Of a DNA stretch of 64,000 nt, positions 29,207-39,085 are shown piece by piece. The position numbers and the translations under genes are program-made. Below the pieces are notes generated by a model. That model searched no databases, was not told the DNA's origin, and was given only the letters and a program-made list of their open reading frames with translations. Location of the stretch: NCBI GenBank assembly GCA_029259945.1, contig JAJDEF010000037.1, forward strand, positions 122,169-186,168, in the 5' to 3' direction. Numbering within the stretch: the first letter of the stretch is position 1; each line of letters opens with the position of its first letter. The DNA is from Planctomycetota bacterium. Its GTDB lineage: Bacteria; Planctomycetota; Planctomycetia; Pirellulales; Lacipirellulaceae.

Positions 29207-29815
29207 ATGCGTCTTGGCATTTTTGGTGGAACTTTCGATCCCATTCACCGAGGGCACTTGGTACTAGCCAATTGCTGCCTCGAACAGGCAAGTCTCGATG
29301 CGCTGTGGTTTGTGCCCGCTGCCCGACAGCCGCTGAAACCAGTCGGCCCCCACGCTGCTGAAGGCCACCGCTTGGCCATGCTCGAACTTGCAGTCGCTTT
29401 GCAACCCGAATTCGCGATCTCGACGATCGAGTTCGATCGAGGGGACATCAGCTATACTGTCGAGACGCTAGAAAGCATCCACCAACGACAACACGAAGCG
29501 GAACTCTACTTTCTGATGGGGGCCGATTCGTTGGCCGATTTGCCCCGTTGGCATCGGGCGGCAGAGGTCTGCCAGCTTGCGGTTCCGCTGGTCGTCCACC
29601 GTGCGGGCCATTCGCAACCCGATTTCGAAGCGTTATCCAAAATCGTATCCCGCGAGCGTTTAGATTTGATTCGCCGCAGTCAGGTCGAAATGCCAGCGAC
29701 CCCGATCAGTAGCTCCGCGATTCGCAAGCAGATTGCTTGCCACGGCGATTGGCAATCTTGGGTCGTGCCTGAAGTGGCCGACTATATCGGCCAGCATCAG
29801 CTCTATCGAGAATAA
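29207..29815 (+). CDS. nadD: Nicotinate-nucleotide adenylyltransferase
   Basis: GIFGGTFDPIHRGH, SYTVETL, MGADSL, ISSSAIR. Confidence 0.93.
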   Translation: MRLGIFGGTFDPIHRGHLVLANCCLEQASLDALWFVPAARQPLKPVGPHAAEGHRLAMLELAVALQPEFAISTIEFDRGDISYTVETLESIHQRQHEAELYFLMGADSLADLPRWHRAAEVCQLAVPLVVHRAGHSQPDFEALSKIVSRERLDLIRRSQVEMPATPISSSAIRKQIACHGDWQSWVVPEVADYIGQHQLYRE

Positions 29816-29851
29816 CGCTAGCACCCAGGCTCACTCACCCAGAGTAAGGCC

Positions 29852-30112
29852 TCAAGCCGCCTTCTGGTCACAGAGACATTCGGCGAGTGCTGGCAGAACC
29901 CCTTGAAGGTCTAGGTGGGGTTCGCTGTTTAGCGCGTCGAGCACATCTCGGAGTTGCTCGCGTTGCGATTGCGCAAGGTCGAGTAGCAGGCACTTCTCTC
30001 CGCGAATCAAACAATGCCCTCCGCCTGCCCCATCGAGCATTTCCTCACGAATTTGAAAACCCGAGCGTCGGGCCACCTCGATCGCTTGTGACAGCAATTG
30101 GGCTGTGTACAT
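29852..30112 (-). CDS. Small hypothetical protein
   Basis: 86 aa, globular-looking (LDGAGGGHCLIRGE); fills the gap between convergent and divergent neighbours. Confidence 0.7.
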   Translation of the reverse strand: MYTAQLLSQAIEVARRSGFQIREEMLDGAGGGHCLIRGEKCLLLDLAQSQREQLRDVLDALNSEPHLDLQGVLPALAECLCDQKAA

Positions 30113-30335
30113 GGGCGCTTATGGGGCAGAGGTTTGAAAAAACATTGGAATTGGGGCGGAATTGTATCGCAAAGTGTTTGAGTCGAACAGGTGACTTCGA
30201 CGATAGGCAATAATGCACTAAGTGCTGAAAACATCAGTAGTTAAAGCATTTCGATCAGCCAGTCTCGCGACTGTAGATAGCTTTGGCAAACTACGTTGGC
30301 TTTACCTTTTACTGCAAACACCTACAGACAACACC

Positions 30336-31160
30336 ATGACCCGAAACGACACACCTTCATCCGAAGAGCAAATCGAGCTTCTCAAGCAGCAGCTCACCCA
30401 AGCGCAACGGATGGCAGCTCTAGGCGAATTGGTCGGAACGACGACCCATGAGTTCAACAATATATTGATGACCATTCTTAACTACGCCAAGCTCGGTTTG
30501 CGTCACAAAGATGAGCCCACACGCGATAAGGCACTCAGCAAGATTCTCTCCGCCGCCCAGCGTGCCGAAAAAATCACCAACAGCGTGTTAGGCTTGGCAC
30601 GTAACCGCAAAGAAGAATTCGCGCCGACCGAATTGGCAAAACTGGTCGAAGAATCGCTCGTGTTGCTCGAACGGGAAATGCAAAAATATCGGGTCGCAGT
30701 CCGATGTGAGTTTGCCGAAGTCCCGCCTGTGCGCGCCATCGGCAACCAGATTCAGCAGGTGCTACTTAACTTAATGACCAACGCACGACAGGCGATGCCC
30801 AACGGGGGCGAGCTAATTTTGCGCATCAGCCACGACGCCGCTGCAGGAATGGTCGACATGACGGTACGCGACTCCGGATCGGGGATTCCCCAGGACAAGC
30901 TTCTCAAGATTTTCGATCGATTCTACAGCACCAAAGATGGCCCCGATGCTAGCGGCAAAGGAGGCACCGGCGTGGGGTTGTCGACCTGCAAAGATATCGT
31001 CGACGCCCACCAAGGTCGCCTACGCGTCGAAAGCTCCGTCGGACGCGGCACCGCATTTACTGTGCGACTGCCCGTCTTCAAGCAAACGGCGGCCCCAACC
31101 AGTGCCGCCCCAATCCCATCGCTCGGCGTCCCAGTAACTGCGGCAAAAGCGGTGAAGTAA
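30336..31160 (+). CDS. Cytoplasmic histidine kinase with no input domain
   Basis: THEFNN H-box, QVLLNLMTNA, DSGSGI, GTGVGL; no TM helix; start estimated at MTRND. Confidence 0.88.
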   Translation: MTRNDTPSSEEQIELLKQQLTQAQRMAALGELVGTTTHEFNNILMTILNYAKLGLRHKDEPTRDKALSKILSAAQRAEKITNSVLGLARNRKEEFAPTELAKLVEESLVLLEREMQKYRVAVRCEFAEVPPVRAIGNQIQQVLLNLMTNARQAMPNGGELILRISHDAAAGMVDMTVRDSGSGIPQDKLLKIFDRFYSTKDGPDASGKGGTGVGLSTCKDIVDAHQGRLRVESSVGRGTAFTVRLPVFKQTAAPTSAAPIPSLGVPVTAAKAVK

Positions 31161-31194
31161 CAGGGTCTGCGCTACCGCAGCGATGTCACAAAAT

Positions 31195-32391
31195 CTACTC
31201 TTCAGATTCGATGTTAGAACGGCATCCATAGGCGAAAAATAGGGCCGCGCAGCCTAATAAGAGGAGTGGGAGAAATTGCATCCATAAGAAAGTAGCCCTT
31301 GCCTCTCTCCACAAAGAAAAATCGACCGTTTCAAATAGTCTGCTAAGGTTTATCTGCTTGGCGTTGGAATACCCCGAACGGAAAGTGAAAACCGTGACTC
31401 CGGGAATAATTACCAAAAGCAACCAGACAAACCGCTGCAACAGTCGCCTACATTGCAAACAAACCTGTATATCGAAATTTACTTTCCCCTGACTCCGTTT
31501 TGCGTGGGCAAACATTCTCACTCCCACGACAAAAGCAAACATCGCCCCCCCGATGGTGATTGCCAAAGTAAGCAAGGTCGGAATGACCGCAATACTATTG
31601 GCTTCGCTGCCACCAGTAAGCCAAACATCCACAACTGTCGTCATTTTAGCGTGACAAAAAACGCTAGTTACCTGAAACCAGACGACCGGCAACACGAGAA
31701 TTGCTACAAAAAGAAAACTAACCATCCCACAGATTCGATAAGCTTTGGCGTCGGTGTTGATCCAGCGATTGATACTTGCCTTGGAGTTGCAATCTACAGC
31801 ATGTAGTCGCAACGCTAAAACAGATGGTTCGTTGCCATCTCCTCGAGACAGCATGCCAATCGCAACAACCGAGGTTACGTACCCAACAGTTAAAACAGCA
31901 ATGGCGTGTGGGACAATAATATATTTCTCTGTGACAAACAAACTAAAAAGAAACCACGGATGTAGAATCGCACAAACAAAGAAAATAAGACCAAGCAGGA
32001 GATAGCCACATCGTTGACGGGTGTGAGACTTGGACAGAGGAGAATTTCGCAACTTCCTAGCCAACCTTAGCATCGTCACGCCCGAAAAAAACCCAAAGAC
32101 TCCCACCAGAAAAAGAAAAACTATTGCCGGAAATGCAAACCCTGAGGCCATTCCGCTCCATCCCGCATCCGGCCCAGATATCCTCATGACCAAGACCAGC
32201 CACAGGTCATAGAACACCCCACGGCGTCCGATGGCTATTTGTACTAGCACTGGTGGCAGCACGACCGTTGCAGTAAGCAGCAGAAGGAGTATGCCACTTG
32301 TTCGGCAAGCTAGGTAGTCCGTGGCAGACCGCTCACGCAAAAGTGTTCTGATTCGACCTGCGGAATTTCGAAGTACGGCCATCATCTTCAT
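31195..32391 (-). CDS. Hypothetical polytopic membrane protein with atypical AT-rich composition
   Basis: Long ORF with roughly 8-9 hydrophobic helices; no family recognised; start uncertain. Confidence 0.6.
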   Translation of the reverse strand: MKMMAVLRNSAGRIRTLLRERSATDYLACRTSGILLLLLTATVVLPPVLVQIAIGRRGVFYDLWLVLVMRISGPDAGWSGMASGFAFPAIVFLFLVGVFGFFSGVTMLRLARKLRNSPLSKSHTRQRCGYLLLGLIFFVCAILHPWFLFSLFVTEKYIIVPHAIAVLTVGYVTSVVAIGMLSRGDGNEPSVLALRLHAVDCNSKASINRWINTDAKAYRICGMVSFLFVAILVLPVVWFQVTSVFCHAKMTTVVDVWLTGGSEANSIAVIPTLLTLAITIGGAMFAFVVGVRMFAHAKRSQGKVNFDIQVCLQCRRLLQRFVWLLLVIIPGVTVFTFRSGYSNAKQINLSRLFETVDFSLWREARATFLWMQFLPLLLLGCAALFFAYGCRSNIESEE

Positions 32392-32655
32392 GAGGGCAAA
32401 CTCTTTCTGTGTCCGACTTTTTTTCGATATTGTGATAACATGGTATACACAAAGAATAGAGACACACCCAGAAGGAGGGGGACCACGACGGTTGCGGGGT
32501 GAAACAATCCCACCATAAGAAATAATACGGTGCATTTTATGACCGGCGCATTCTAGGGGATTTTCCCGCTTCTTGCAAAAAGCCGAGAAATTTAGCGACA
32601 GTGAAAATGACGCTTGCCGCTCTAGGTGAACTGAGATAGAAGCCCTAAGACCGCG

Positions 32656-33393
32656 CTACCGCTGCAAGACTCCTGCAGCGACTCCTGTCGTGCTCGCTTG
32701 AATTTCTGCGAGGATTTGCTGTTCGACCGCCGGGTCGCGTCCTTGCGGTAACCACAGTTCTGAAAATCGGGTGCGGCGTACATTTTCGTCCAGTCGGCTG
32801 GGCAGTGAGCTATCGTGCCGAAAGGTGGCGGCGCCGGCTGTGGCATGTTCGGGGCGAGGCAAGTCTTCGAGTTCTTTGTAAACGGCAACGTCGACTAAGT
32901 AGCCCCCTTGAGATGGGATTACCCGCAGGACGGCGCGGCGGCGAATGGTTTGAAACGTGCTTTGCCAACGGCTCTCGTATCCGACGGAGTCAGGCCGATG
33001 GGGTTCGAGCCAGGTGGCCCCGACTTGGGGAAACGTATCGATGCGGCCTTCGGTCACGACATTGCCAATCAACTGCACCCGATTCTCGCGCTCGATTCGA
33101 AAGTAATCGTCAACCACATCGACGATCTGCTCCCACGCGAGATCTTGATTCGTCACGGGGATGAAAAGCGGATTGCCTACGACTACTCCAGGCATCGCGG
33201 GATGATTGGGCTGAATCACCGTCGTATTTTGCACCGGCGGTGCCACCAAGGCAGGCCCGACGGGCACCGGAGGTGGTGCAGCGAACAACATTTGCGGGAT
33301 CACGACCGACTGCGTTTGAATGGGTTGGCATCCGGCCAAAAGCGCAATGCTAGCCAGTGCGTAGATCGATCGTACTTTCTGCCGGCTGTTCAT
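32656..33393 (-). CDS. Hypothetical lipoprotein
   Basis: GAGGAG RBS; LLAGC lipobox; WEQIVDVVDDYFRIERE motif. Confidence 0.75.
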   Translation of the reverse strand: MNSRQKVRSIYALASIALLAGCQPIQTQSVVIPQMLFAAPPPVPVGPALVAPPVQNTTVIQPNHPAMPGVVVGNPLFIPVTNQDLAWEQIVDVVDDYFRIERENRVQLIGNVVTEGRIDTFPQVGATWLEPHRPDSVGYESRWQSTFQTIRRRAVLRVIPSQGGYLVDVAVYKELEDLPRPEHATAGAATFRHDSSLPSRLDENVRRTRFSELWLPQGRDPAVEQQILAEIQASTTGVAAGVLQR

Positions 33394-33462
33394 CTGCTCC
33401 TCGCGAGAGAATCTCGAGCGGCGGATAATCGCGAAACTTCGCAAACGGGGCAAGGGCGATAT

Positions 33463-33630
33463 CAGGCAAACTGCAAAGTCGCAATTGCATGAAATAAAAC
33501 AAAAAATTGAACCACAGAGGGCACAGAGAACACTGAGAAAAGCTTATTTTCAGGCACGCTGTACTCCTCTGCGTCCTCTGTGGTAAATTTTTCTTCTTGT
33601 CTTGATTGATCGCACCGACTTTGCAGTCGT
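33463..33630. mobile_element. MITE-like foldback element, copy 2 (best preserved)
   Basis: Perfect 12-bp terminal inverted repeats ACTGCAAAGTCG (33470-33481) / CGACTTTGCAGT (33616-33627); internal ACCACAGAGGGCACAGAG / CTCTGCGTCCTCTGTGGT arms. Confidence 0.8.
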
Positions 33631-33703
33631 TTTGAGGGCGATATTGGCTTTGCCGGGTGCTAGCAGTGGTCGGAGGTGCTAGGCGCGAGCTTTCAATTCC
33701 CAA

Positions 33704-33731
33704 CTCGCGCCTAGCGCCTTGCACCCAGCGC
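33704..33731. repeat. Heptamer array CTCGCGC-CTAGCGC-CTTGCAC-CCAGCGC
   Basis: Four 7-bp units; the same family occurs at 36182 and 41305. Confidence 0.6.
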
Positions 33732-33736
33732 CAAAT

Positions 33737-33773
33737 AAAAACAGGCCGACCATTCTTTCGAGTGGTCGGCCTG
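33737..33773 (-). terminator. Intrinsic terminator after the 33832-34524 gene
   Basis: Minus strand CAGGCCGACCA-CTCGAAAGAA-TGGTCGGCCTG-TTTTT. Confidence 0.75.
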
Positions 33774-33831
33774 GCGGTGTGCAAAGCCGCAGCCAAGTGG
33801 TTTGGTAGGATGGATGAATACGGCTTAAGGC

Positions 33832-34524
33832 TTAGTAGTTGCCACTGTCGATGCCAAGTCGCATCTTGAGGGCTTCGAATTGCTCGATGTATTCATCGTT
33901 GGTCGAGTGGACATGCTCGGCCTCGGTGATGAATTTCATGTCTTCGGAACAATTGAGATGGGCATCGATCAAAATACCTTCGTACTCGCGAAGCTCTTTG
34001 CCATACACAATCAAGATTTTATGCTCGTCTAGCTGAACCTCTTGCGGAATGCGGGGATTCAATACCGCGATTCCCGTGCAGCCATCGTTGACAAGCATCT
34101 CTTCAAAATCCCACAGAATGCTCTGCAAGATGGGCATGTCGATATGCTCGCGGTAGAGGTCTTGATGCCCCTTAGCGCCATAATCGTGACTGGTTTCGAT
34201 CACCACGTCGACCACAGGGCCTAGCGGATCGAGCAACTCCATAAAGGTGTCGAACAATTGCTCTCGAGACGCTGCAGCCATGACGACTGGCACGTCTTGC
34301 CGTGACGACTCGTCATGGTAGGTGTCGTGTCGAAAACCGGCCGTAGGTACCACATCGAGGCCATAGGATGGCCGCACAGCGTCGGTCAACACAAAATCAC
34401 CATAGCGGCTTACGCCCAAATGGGCTTCCAACTCCTCTTCGTTGAGCTGTTGGAAACTGCTAGTAGTCTGTGCAACCACATCTTCGTGGAACACGTCATT
34501 GAAAAAATTCTTCAGAAATCCCAT
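33832..34524 (-). CDS. Acidic hypothetical protein
   Basis: 230 aa ORF, plausible codon usage, followed by its own terminator; NDGCTGIAV, QLDEHK motifs. Confidence 0.8.
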   Translation of the reverse strand: MGFLKNFFNDVFHEDVVAQTTSSFQQLNEEELEAHLGVSRYGDFVLTDAVRPSYGLDVVPTAGFRHDTYHDESSRQDVPVVMAAASREQLFDTFMELLDPLGPVVDVVIETSHDYGAKGHQDLYREHIDMPILQSILWDFEEMLVNDGCTGIAVLNPRIPQEVQLDEHKILIVYGKELREYEGILIDAHLNCSEDMKFITEAEHVHSTNDEYIEQFEALKMRLGIDSGNY

Positions 34525-34907
34525 CGGCGAACTCTTTGCTGGGTCGGAGCAAAATGATTGGTCAAATAATACGTAACGGGAGCTGCCGGGTAGGTGCCTG
34601 AGATCGTGGTGATCTCAGTTGCGAAGGGTTTCGTTAAGCAGCTTCGCCGGGACTGGCTTGCTGCCGCCTTCTACAGCCGGTTTCAAAACTCATTCCTGGC
34701 GCGAAAATTTCCGGCCGTGGGATGCTTGTTTGGTGTTTTGAACCGCCATCTAAGAGAAGATTAGGTTACGAACTTGCGCAACGTCTGCCCTACAAGAAAA
34801 CACCTAGTGCTTTCACTAGAGCGGGCTCGACATAACCGTCATATCCGGTCACGCGGAAGAAAGCTGTTGAACTTCGGCATCAACGGGTGAAAAACAGCCG
34901 CCTGGGA

Positions 34908-36152
34908 CTACTGGTTCAAACAGCGAATCAGCGAAGAAACCGCCATCGCGGTGCCATATTGCTGATGGTAGTTATAAAGTGGGAAATCCCACCAGCTACC
35001 ATCTTTTTCTTGCAAAGGGATCAAAATGTGCGCCAGGTGCCCCTGGTGATGGGGACGCTCTTCGACTGGCAATTCCTCGATGCACATCGCCGCATAAAAA
35101 TGGCCGTAGTAGTAGAAATATCCGGCGACGCCAAAAAAAGACTCGTGCGGAACCGGGTACTTCCGACCGATACTTAGCCACCCATTGCGCGCATAGAGTC
35201 GATTTAGCCACGTTTTAAGAACCTCGTCGGTTACTTTTGTATCGCCAACCATCCGCAAAGCCAAATTGCAAGCTTGCGAACGACCTAAGCTGCCAGCCGG
35301 TCGATTGATGCCATATCGCGGGTTCAAGGCTAAATACTCGCCGTAGGCATAAGCAAAGTCAGGGTAACGCTGCCGGTGGATCGACGCGATCGCTTGTTGA
35401 ATGCGCTCATCTGGAAACGTAACCCCTAGCTGTTCGGCTTTTTTGATCGCAATCAAAACCGTCGCCGTGGTGAAGCTGATCGAACTGCTACTCGGCCGAC
35501 GGGTATGAGCCACCATATCGTAATAAGCCCACCCACCGTTGATGGATTGGTATCGGCGTAATCGATCGACTTGATACTTTGCCAACTCCATAAGTTGAGC
35601 CTGCAGCGGTTCGTTGCCAGCCGCTCGCCCGTGCAACAACGAAATGGCATGGATGGCAAAGGAATGCCCCCAAATGTTGTAGATCGCCTCGGGCTCAGCT
35701 CGGCGAAGTGTGCCCGCATGTGCCAATAGCCACTGCTGCCCTCGATCGATGGCTGCCTCGATCTTTTCGCGCCGTTCGCCCTCGAAATGCTCACAAGACT
35801 CGATCAAAGCCTGCAACGTCAGCGAAGTGACCGCCGTCCGAAAAGCACGATGCGAACCGGGAACCGGCGCGTAGATGTTCAAATGTTTCGTACGCTGAGC
35901 ACTTCCCCACGCCCCATGCTTCATCTGCACATCAAGCAGAAAATCAACGCCTCGCTCGATCGCTTGAAAAATCTCTTCGTTCGAAGGAGGCGTAATGGGT
36001 GCCGGCTTGGGGCCCTGAGTTGCCAGGGGCGAAAGCGTTGGAGCCTCAGTAACGGCCTCTTCACCGACTGCATTCCATGCCAAAAGAAAGACACCGAGGC
36101 CAATCGACACCACGGCAACCAACATCCGGCGGCGATAGTTGCCATATTTCAT
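34908..36152 (-). CDS. Secreted prenyltransferase/squalene-oxidase-repeat (alpha/alpha barrel) protein
   Basis: Signal anchor; QW-like repeats LLDVQMKHGAW, RYQSINGGW, LQEKDGSW. Confidence 0.8.
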   Translation of the reverse strand: MKYGNYRRRMLVAVVSIGLGVFLLAWNAVGEEAVTEAPTLSPLATQGPKPAPITPPSNEEIFQAIERGVDFLLDVQMKHGAWGSAQRTKHLNIYAPVPGSHRAFRTAVTSLTLQALIESCEHFEGERREKIEAAIDRGQQWLLAHAGTLRRAEPEAIYNIWGHSFAIHAISLLHGRAAGNEPLQAQLMELAKYQVDRLRRYQSINGGWAYYDMVAHTRRPSSSSISFTTATVLIAIKKAEQLGVTFPDERIQQAIASIHRQRYPDFAYAYGEYLALNPRYGINRPAGSLGRSQACNLALRMVGDTKVTDEVLKTWLNRLYARNGWLSIGRKYPVPHESFFGVAGYFYYYGHFYAAMCIEELPVEERPHHQGHLAHILIPLQEKDGSWWDFPLYNYHQQYGTAMAVSSLIRCLNQ

Positions 36153-36181
36153 GTACTAAAACCCTGCTGCGTGTACTACAA

Positions 36182-36209
36182 CTCGCGCCCAGCGCCTCGC
36201 GCCTAACAA
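36182..36209. repeat. Heptamer array CTCGCGC-CCAGCGC-CTCGCGC-CTAACAA
   Basis: Directly after the stop codon of the HlyD-like gene. Confidence 0.6.
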
Positions 36210-37856
36210 CTACTTCTTCTCTTCTTTCACAATCAGATCGCCCTCATCGAGTCCTTCGAGCACCTCGACGAGCTTGCCCTTCGTTCGGCCTAACTTCACG
36301 TCTCGACGGACGGGCTCTGCTTCTTCTGATTCCACCAGCATGACATATTTTATTTTTTCGTCGTCTTCGTCGGTTTGCACTAATGCTGTGGGAATGACAA
36401 TTGCTTTCTTATTTTCGTAGGTGGTCACTTTGACTTTACAGGTCATTCCTGCAACGAGCCATTGGGGGGCGTCGTCGGTATCGACCTCTAACTGCACCAC
36501 AAATTTCTTCTTGCCGTCTGGGACGGTAGAGACCCGCGTCACTTTGCCGGTCAGTTCTACTTCGTCGTCTGCGGTGGGGATAATCGTTGCAGCCAATCCG
36601 TCCTCGAAGTCTGGCAATTCGTCCTCTGTAAGAGCTGCTTCGATGAGGAGCGGATGCTGCTGGACAATCGTCATCAGCACTTTATTGGCGGTCACGGTGC
36701 CATGAGGTTTCAACTTCGTCGAATAGCTAGTAATTCCCGACCATTTCCCGTGGATGCATCGCCCGTAATACACCACCCCATCGGCGGGTGCTCGAAGAAC
36801 CATCAGGCTGCGGTCGCTCAGCAACTTCGCATGACGTTCGATGCTACGGGCACGAGAATCGCGTTTCTGCTGCATCTCGAATGCAAGGCGGGGCACACCT
36901 TTTTCTTTGGCTGTCTTTGCTTGCTGGAAACGTAGTTCGGCCTCTTTCATGGCCGTGGAATAGTACTCATCCCGACGTGGCAAACTCACGTTCAAAGTGA
37001 AATCTCGACTAGCCGTTTGAAGTTCGAGTCTCAACTCTTCGGTTTCGACTTGAAATCGCTGACGCCGAAGGACAATTTCTTCGGTCTCTTCGGTGATCTC
37101 ATCGGCCTCATACATTTTCAGTAGCTGATCAAGTTCTTCTTGCTGCGAGGCGAGCGATTCTTCTGCCTGCTTGTAGCGGAAATTCGCGATCTGTACGTAA
37201 AAAGGCCGATCGACGTTTTGATAGTATTCGTAATCTTCTTGCGATTGTTCGTAGTCTCGACTCGATTCGTCAAATTCAATTTCCATCAACTGCTTGATTC
37301 GCGGGAACTCTTCTTCCTGCTGCATCAACGCCAACTCACTAAGTCGCTGAGTGAGCGACTCCTCCTCGATTTCTTTTTCGATTTTTTCGTCGTCAAAACG
37401 CACCAGCACCTCACCCTTTTTCACGCGCGTGCCGTGCTCGACAGCTTCGACCACTTTGAATTGGCTCCAAGACTCGGGACGAAGGGCCACTTCGTGCATC
37501 TCTTTGGCAACGAAAATTCCGTCCACCTCTTCTTCGATCTTCAACGGCTTGCGCTCGACCTTATGAGGCTTAGGCTTTTTATCTGACTTCTCGTCTTCGT
37601 TGTCCTCTTCGTCATCTTCATCTTCCTCAGTGTCCTGGTCTTCCTCGGATTCCCCGTTTTCGTCCTGGGCATCGGCCTTTGGCTCTGCGTCTTCAGACTC
37701 CTCCTCGGCCTTGCCGTCCCCCTCGCTTTCGGAAGATTCTGTCTCTTCGCCTTCGTTGGCAGTTTGCGCAGTCGCCAATTCGGTGGGCGCCGCCAAAGCA
37801 TGGGCCACCCAAAACAGGGTGACAAGCAACAGAAAACTGCAAAAAACACGGGACAT
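36210..37856 (-). CDS. HlyD / RND periplasmic adaptor-like protein with an acidic linker and a long coiled coil
   Basis: Signal peptide; VEHGTRVKKGEVL and LRAPADGVVYY biotinyl-like halves; GMTCKVKV; VEVLEGLDEGD. Confidence 0.8.
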   Translation of the reverse strand: MSRVFCSFLLLVTLFWVAHALAAPTELATAQTANEGEETESSESEGDGKAEEESEDAEPKADAQDENGESEEDQDTEEDEDDEEDNEDEKSDKKPKPHKVERKPLKIEEEVDGIFVAKEMHEVALRPESWSQFKVVEAVEHGTRVKKGEVLVRFDDEKIEKEIEEESLTQRLSELALMQQEEEFPRIKQLMEIEFDESSRDYEQSQEDYEYYQNVDRPFYVQIANFRYKQAEESLASQQEELDQLLKMYEADEITEETEEIVLRRQRFQVETEELRLELQTASRDFTLNVSLPRRDEYYSTAMKEAELRFQQAKTAKEKGVPRLAFEMQQKRDSRARSIERHAKLLSDRSLMVLRAPADGVVYYGRCIHGKWSGITSYSTKLKPHGTVTANKVLMTIVQQHPLLIEAALTEDELPDFEDGLAATIIPTADDEVELTGKVTRVSTVPDGKKKFVVQLEVDTDDAPQWLVAGMTCKVKVTTYENKKAIVIPTALVQTDEDDEKIKYVMLVESEEAEPVRRDVKLGRTKGKLVEVLEGLDEGDLIVKEEKK

Positions 37857-37928
37857 AAAGAGGGCTCCTTCTCTGCTTAATCGATCGTCGTAAGACGGGT
37901 GAGGACGTCTACGAATTAGATTAGGCTA

Positions 37929-37942
37929 TTTATGTACATAAA
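37929..37942. promoter_or_regulatory. Perfect 14-bp palindrome TTTATGTACATAAA
   Basis: About 70 bp upstream of the HlyD-like gene start. Confidence 0.4.
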
Positions 37943-38222
37943 GGCAATTGCCGCAGACCCTGGAAACTAGGCAAAATATGCGGCTGATAGATTCTAGCTG
38001 CGCCGGAGTCAAATGCCTACATTCTTGTTCGGTTTCGCCGAGAGAGAAGCAAATTTGCACCGAACGTCTGCTCCCCTCGGTTCTGCGCCACCTTTTGGCC
38101 CCTACAACCCCGACATCTGATGGTTTTGCCAAAGCCGTCGTATTTGGCACCCGACGGCAATCGGTTAGGCTGGACGGGCGTAACCAATCCACAACCGTTC
38201 ACAGGATAAAAGGCGAGTCGGC

Positions 38223-38325
38223 CTCTGGCAAAGGCGCAAAAAAGTGATGTGAATCACGCAGAGACGCTGAGAGATACTTTTTTTCTATTTTCTTTCCTTT
38301 GCGTCTTAGCGCCTTTGCGAGAGAC
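38223..38325. repeat. CTCTCGCAAAGGCGC-family foldback repeat
   Basis: CTCTGGCAAAGGCGC ... GCGCCTTTGCGAGAG inverted ends; internal CACGCAGAGACGCTGAGAG. Confidence 0.7.
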
Positions 38326-38375
38326 TTTTACAAATATCCCTACGTAGCACCCCCCAGCAAAAATCTTACAACAGC

Positions 38376-38921
38376 ATGAAAATCTACACCCGAGCTGGCG
38401 ACCAAGGTACGACCGCTCTTTTTGGCGGTGGCAAAGTGGCCAAATGCGAGATTCGCATCTGCGCCTATGGAACCCTCGACGAACTCAACGCCGTGCTTGG
38501 CGTCGCTCGAGCCGCCGACCTACCATCTCAAATCGATGGGGCATTGTTTCAGCTACAAAATCAACTATTCGACTTAGGTGCCGAGCTGGCGAGCCCAAAA
38601 TCCAAAGAACGGGCGACGGAGTTTATCCAAGAAGAGGACGTGAATTCTCTGGAAAAACTGATCGACTCGTTCGAAGAAGGCCTCCCCGCGCTCACCTCGT
38701 TCATTCTGCCGGGCGGCTGCCCGACGGCGGCAACGCTTCACCTCGCTCGCTGCGTTTGCCGACGTGCCGAACGCGAGATTGTCGCCTTGTCGCACGAGGC
38801 AACCGTGCGAGAAATGGTGCTGAAGTACGTCAACCGCACCAGCGATTTGCTATTTGTACTCGCTCGGTCAGCCAACGCCGCTGCAGGGGTCGACGACGTT
38901 CCCTGGAAACGATCGACCTAA
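38376..38921 (+). CDS. pduO: PduO-type ATP:cob(I)alamin adenosyltransferase
   Basis: KIYTRAGDQGTT, YGTLDELNA, FILPGG, RCVCRRAER, YVNRTSDLLF. Confidence 0.92.
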   Translation: MKIYTRAGDQGTTALFGGGKVAKCEIRICAYGTLDELNAVLGVARAADLPSQIDGALFQLQNQLFDLGAELASPKSKERATEFIQEEDVNSLEKLIDSFEEGLPALTSFILPGGCPTAATLHLARCVCRRAEREIVALSHEATVREMVLKYVNRTSDLLFVLARSANAAAGVDDVPWKRST

Positions 38922-38935
38922 TTTTTGCTCGCTGG

Positions 38936-39085
38936 CTGCAAAGTCGTATACTACTCAAAATAAAACCAATTTAATTGAACCACGGAGAACACAGAGAAAA
39001 GCTTTTTTCTAGGCACTCTGTGATCCTCTGCGTCCTCTGTGGTAATCTTTTTTCACTGCTTTGACAGGGTGGCCGACTTTGAGTT
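38936..39085. mobile_element. MITE-like foldback element, copy 3 (degenerate)
   Basis: CTGCAAAGTCG ... CCGACTTTG ends; AACCACGGAGAACACAGAG / CTCTGCGTCCTCTGTGGT arms. Confidence 0.65.

Noticed and set aside
34560-34890. Structured RNA in the long intergenic region (hairpins at 34598-34618 and 34804-34819)
   Set aside because: Isolated short stems with no recognisable family or nested architecture.
37950-38375. Cobalamin riboswitch upstream of pduO
   Set aside because: No B12-box or GGGAA...ACTG...AGCCAG consensus visible; the structure present is a foldback repeat.
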